A stretch of 46,435 nt of DNA from Chthoniobacterales bacterium. GTDB taxonomy: Bacteria > Verrucomicrobiota > Verrucomicrobiia > Chthoniobacterales > UBA10450. Below the pieces are notes generated by a model. It had not been told where the DNA came from and made no database searches. It saw only the letters and a program-made list of their open reading frames with translations. Below, one piece after another: positions 44,681-46,435 of this stretch. How positions within the stretch are numbered: position 1 is the stretch's first letter; the number at the start of each line of letters is the position of its first letter. Location: NCBI GenBank assembly GCA_038233495.1, contig JBBSLW010000001.1, forward strand, positions 1 to 46,435, read 5' to 3'. The position numbers and the translations under genes are program-made.

Positions 44681-46036
44681 CTAACGAATAGCGTCGCCCA
44701 ACCGGCCGGCCAGCTCTGAGATCGGGACCCGCTCCTGCTCCATGCTGTCGCGGTGGCGCAGGGTGACGGTGTCGCGGAGGTCGGGATCGCGTTCGCCCAG
44801 GGTCTCGAAGTCAATCGTTAGGCCAAAGGGAGTGCCGGCTTCGTCCTGACGGCGGTAGCGACGGCCGATCGCGCCGGTTTCGTCGTAGAAAACATTCATC
44901 AGCGGGCGCAACAACGCCTGCACTTCGCGCGCTTTCGCGACCAGCTCGGGCTGGTTTTTTAGAAGCGGAAAGATGCCGGCCTTGATCGGCGCGATCCGGG
45001 GATGGAAACGCAACACGATGCGGGTTTCGCTTTTGCCCTTCTCGTCGATCACGGTTTCCTCGGCGTAGGCTTCGCAAATGAGCGCGAGGACGGTGCGATC
45101 GACGCCCGCACTCGGCTCGATCACGTGCGGGATGAAGCGGGCCTTGTTCTCCTCGTCGAAATAATCGAGCGACTTGCCGCTCGCCGTCTGGTGCTGGGTG
45201 AGGTCGTAGTCGGTGCGATAGGCGACACCTTCCAGCTCCTGCACGCCGAACGGGAAAGCGTATTCGATGTCGTAGGTACCCTTGGAGTAGAAGGCGCGGT
45301 CGCCGTCCGGCACGGTCAGGACGCGCAGTTTCTCCCGGGGCAGCCCGATGTTTTCGTAAAACTTGAGCCGCTCCTCGAGCCAGTAGTCGAGCAACTCCAT
45401 CCCCTGCTCCGGCCGGCAGAAATACTCGAGCTCCATCTGCTCAAACTCGCGCGAGCGAAAAATGTAGTTGCGCGGGTTGATCTCGTTGCGAAAGGCCTTC
45501 CCGATTTGCGCGATGCCGAAGGGCAGCTTCTTGCGCGCGGTATCGAGCACGTTCTTGAACTGGACGAAAATGGACTGCGCGGTCTCGGGCCGGAGGTAGG
45601 CGATCGCGTCGGGATCGGCCGAGGCGCCCATCTGGGTCGAGAACATGAGGTTGAAAGGGCGCGCCTCCGTCAGGTCTTTGCCGCCGCAATTCGCGCATTG
45701 TTTCACGCCGTTTTTCTCCGGCAACTGGTCGGCCCGCAACCGCGCCTTGCAGGTGCGGCAATCGACCATCGGATCGCTGAAGGTGTCCTCGTGGCCGCTC
45801 GCCTTGAGGACCGCGCGATGCGTCAGGATCGCGCCATCCATCCCGACGACGTCGTCGCGTTCGCGCACCATCACGCGCCACCAGTAGTCCTTCAGGTTGC
45901 GCTTCAGCTCGACCCCGAGAGGGCCGTAATCCCAGACGCCATTCAGGCCGCCGTAAATTTCGCTCCCTTGGAAGATGAAACCGCGCCGCTTGCAGAGGCT
46001 GACGATTCTTTCCATCCGCTGCGGATCGGTTGTCAT
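44681..46036 (-). CDS. glyQS: glycine--tRNA ligase (dimeric class II GlyQS type)
   Basis: MTTDPQRMERIVSLCKRRGFIFQGSEIYGGLNGVWDYGPLG..., FRNEINPRNYIFRSREFEQMELEYF, PSAGVDR. I prefer the ATG at 46036 over the GTG at 46048. Confidence 0.93.
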   Translation of the reverse strand: MTTDPQRMERIVSLCKRRGFIFQGSEIYGGLNGVWDYGPLGVELKRNLKDYWWRVMVRERDDVVGMDGAILTHRAVLKASGHEDTFSDPMVDCRTCKARLRADQLPEKNGVKQCANCGGKDLTEARPFNLMFSTQMGASADPDAIAYLRPETAQSIFVQFKNVLDTARKKLPFGIAQIGKAFRNEINPRNYIFRSREFEQMELEYFCRPEQGMELLDYWLEERLKFYENIGLPREKLRVLTVPDGDRAFYSKGTYDIEYAFPFGVQELEGVAYRTDYDLTQHQTASGKSLDYFDEENKARFIPHVIEPSAGVDRTVLALICEAYAEETVIDEKGKSETRIVLRFHPRIAPIKAGIFPLLKNQPELVAKAREVQALLRPLMNVFYDETGAIGRRYRRQDEAGTPFGLTIDFETLGERDPDLRDTVTLRHRDSMEQERVPISELAGRLGDAIR

Positions 46037-46044
46037 AAGAGAAG

Positions 46045-46125
46045 CCACGGATTTACACAGATGAACACAGATTAAATCACCCGGAACGAGCTCTTCTTAT
46101 CTGTGAAATCCGTGTCAATCTGTGG
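46045..46125. repeat. imperfect inverted repeat built from CACGGATTT / CACAGAT modules
   Basis: ccacggatttacacagatgaacacagat (46045-) faces atctgtgaaatccgtgtcaatctgtgg (-46125). It lies between the OsmC-like stop and the glyQS start. An AATCCTG (CAGGATT family) copy follows at 46133. Confidence 0.65.
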
Positions 46126-46139
46126 CTGAAGAAATCCTG

Positions 46140-46435
46140 TTACTTCGCGACCGTGACCTCGGTCTTGACCGAGTTGGCGATGAAACAATTCTCGTGCGCG
46201 AAATGGTGCATCGCCTCGATGTCTTGCTCGGTCGGCTGATTGTCGCCGGAAAACTTCAGCTTCGGATGCAGCTCAACGCGGGTGATGGCGAGTTTGCCCT
46301 CGGCATTTTTCTCCATCTGACCAACTGCTTCGTCGACGTATTCGTCGAGCAGGAATTTTTTCTTACAGGCGGCGGCGAGGAAGGTGAGCATGTGGCAGCT
46401 GGAGAGAGCGGCGACGAACGATTCCTCGGGGTCGA
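46140..46435 (-). CDS. OsmC/Ohr family protein (5' end runs off the window)
   Basis: ...DPEESFVAALSSCHMLTFLAAACKKK...ITRVELHPKLKF...HHFAHENCFIANSVKTEVTV is an OsmC-family pattern with two conserved Cys regions. The reading frame is open to the window edge. Confidence 0.75.
   Translation of the reverse strand, partial: DPEESFVAALSSCHMLTFLAAACKKKFLLDEYVDEAVGQMEKNAEGKLAITRVELHPKLKFSGDNQPTEQDIEAMHHFAHENCFIANSVKTEVTVAK

Noticed and set aside
364-44822. TTAGG/CCTAA within the over-represented word resembles telomeric repeat units.
   Set aside because: All copies are single and dispersed, never tandem, and most lie inside ordinary genes of a bacterial chromosome.
1-46435. Frequent CGATCG / GCGATCGC strings (HIP1-like palindrome, Dam-like GATC context).
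   Set aside because: These arise naturally from abundant GCG-ATC-GCC-type codon pairs in GC-rich coding sequence. I did not see enrichment clearly beyond that, and I could not quantify it by eye.

Overview
High-GC (about 63-65% by my sampling) bacterial chromosomal window, densely packed with housekeeping genes. Protein similarities and the intergenic repeat types suggest a Verrucomicrobia/PVC-like soil organism, but that is low-confidence inference.

Genes, in order along the window:
- Truncated membrane class III cyclase, translationally coupled to a ClpX-like ATPase (minus strand).
- yajC, secDF, rpsU (plus strand).
- A long minus-strand run: ccsA/hemX-like, hemA, hemC, cobA-hemD fusion, a GrpE-like protein, a lid-less Hsp70, and a J-like/FGE-sulfatase-domain protein.
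- apt, two hypothetical genes, queF, queC.
- NlpC/P60 hydrolase, M20 dipeptidase, APC permease, smc.
- CAP-domain protein, MFS transporter, a peptidase-like gene with a frame break, cstA, valS, a cupin.
- A lower-GC module of periplasmic binding protein, 1493-aa hybrid histidine kinase and REC-HPt-REC protein, flanked by gene remnants.
- Amidase, murI, yjbR-like, glyQS and a truncated OsmC-like gene.

I found no rRNA, tRNA, CRISPR array, transposase or integrase.

Most notable observations:
1. The word CCTAACG(A)/(T)CGTTAGG is strongly over-represented. I counted 37 exact heptamers by eye against roughly 5-6 expected. It lies on both strands, is written into coding sequence with rare codons (TTA, CTA, AGG), and supplies the stop codon of several genes.
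2. A non-canonical chaperone triad of lid-less Hsp70, GrpE-like protein and a J-like protein lacking HPD fused to an FGE-like domain lacking the catalytic cysteines.
3. Several families of intergenic palindromic or phased repeats.
4. A ClpX paralogue without zinc-finger cysteines, coupled to a cyclase.

All calls come from reading the sequence and translations. No database searches were run.
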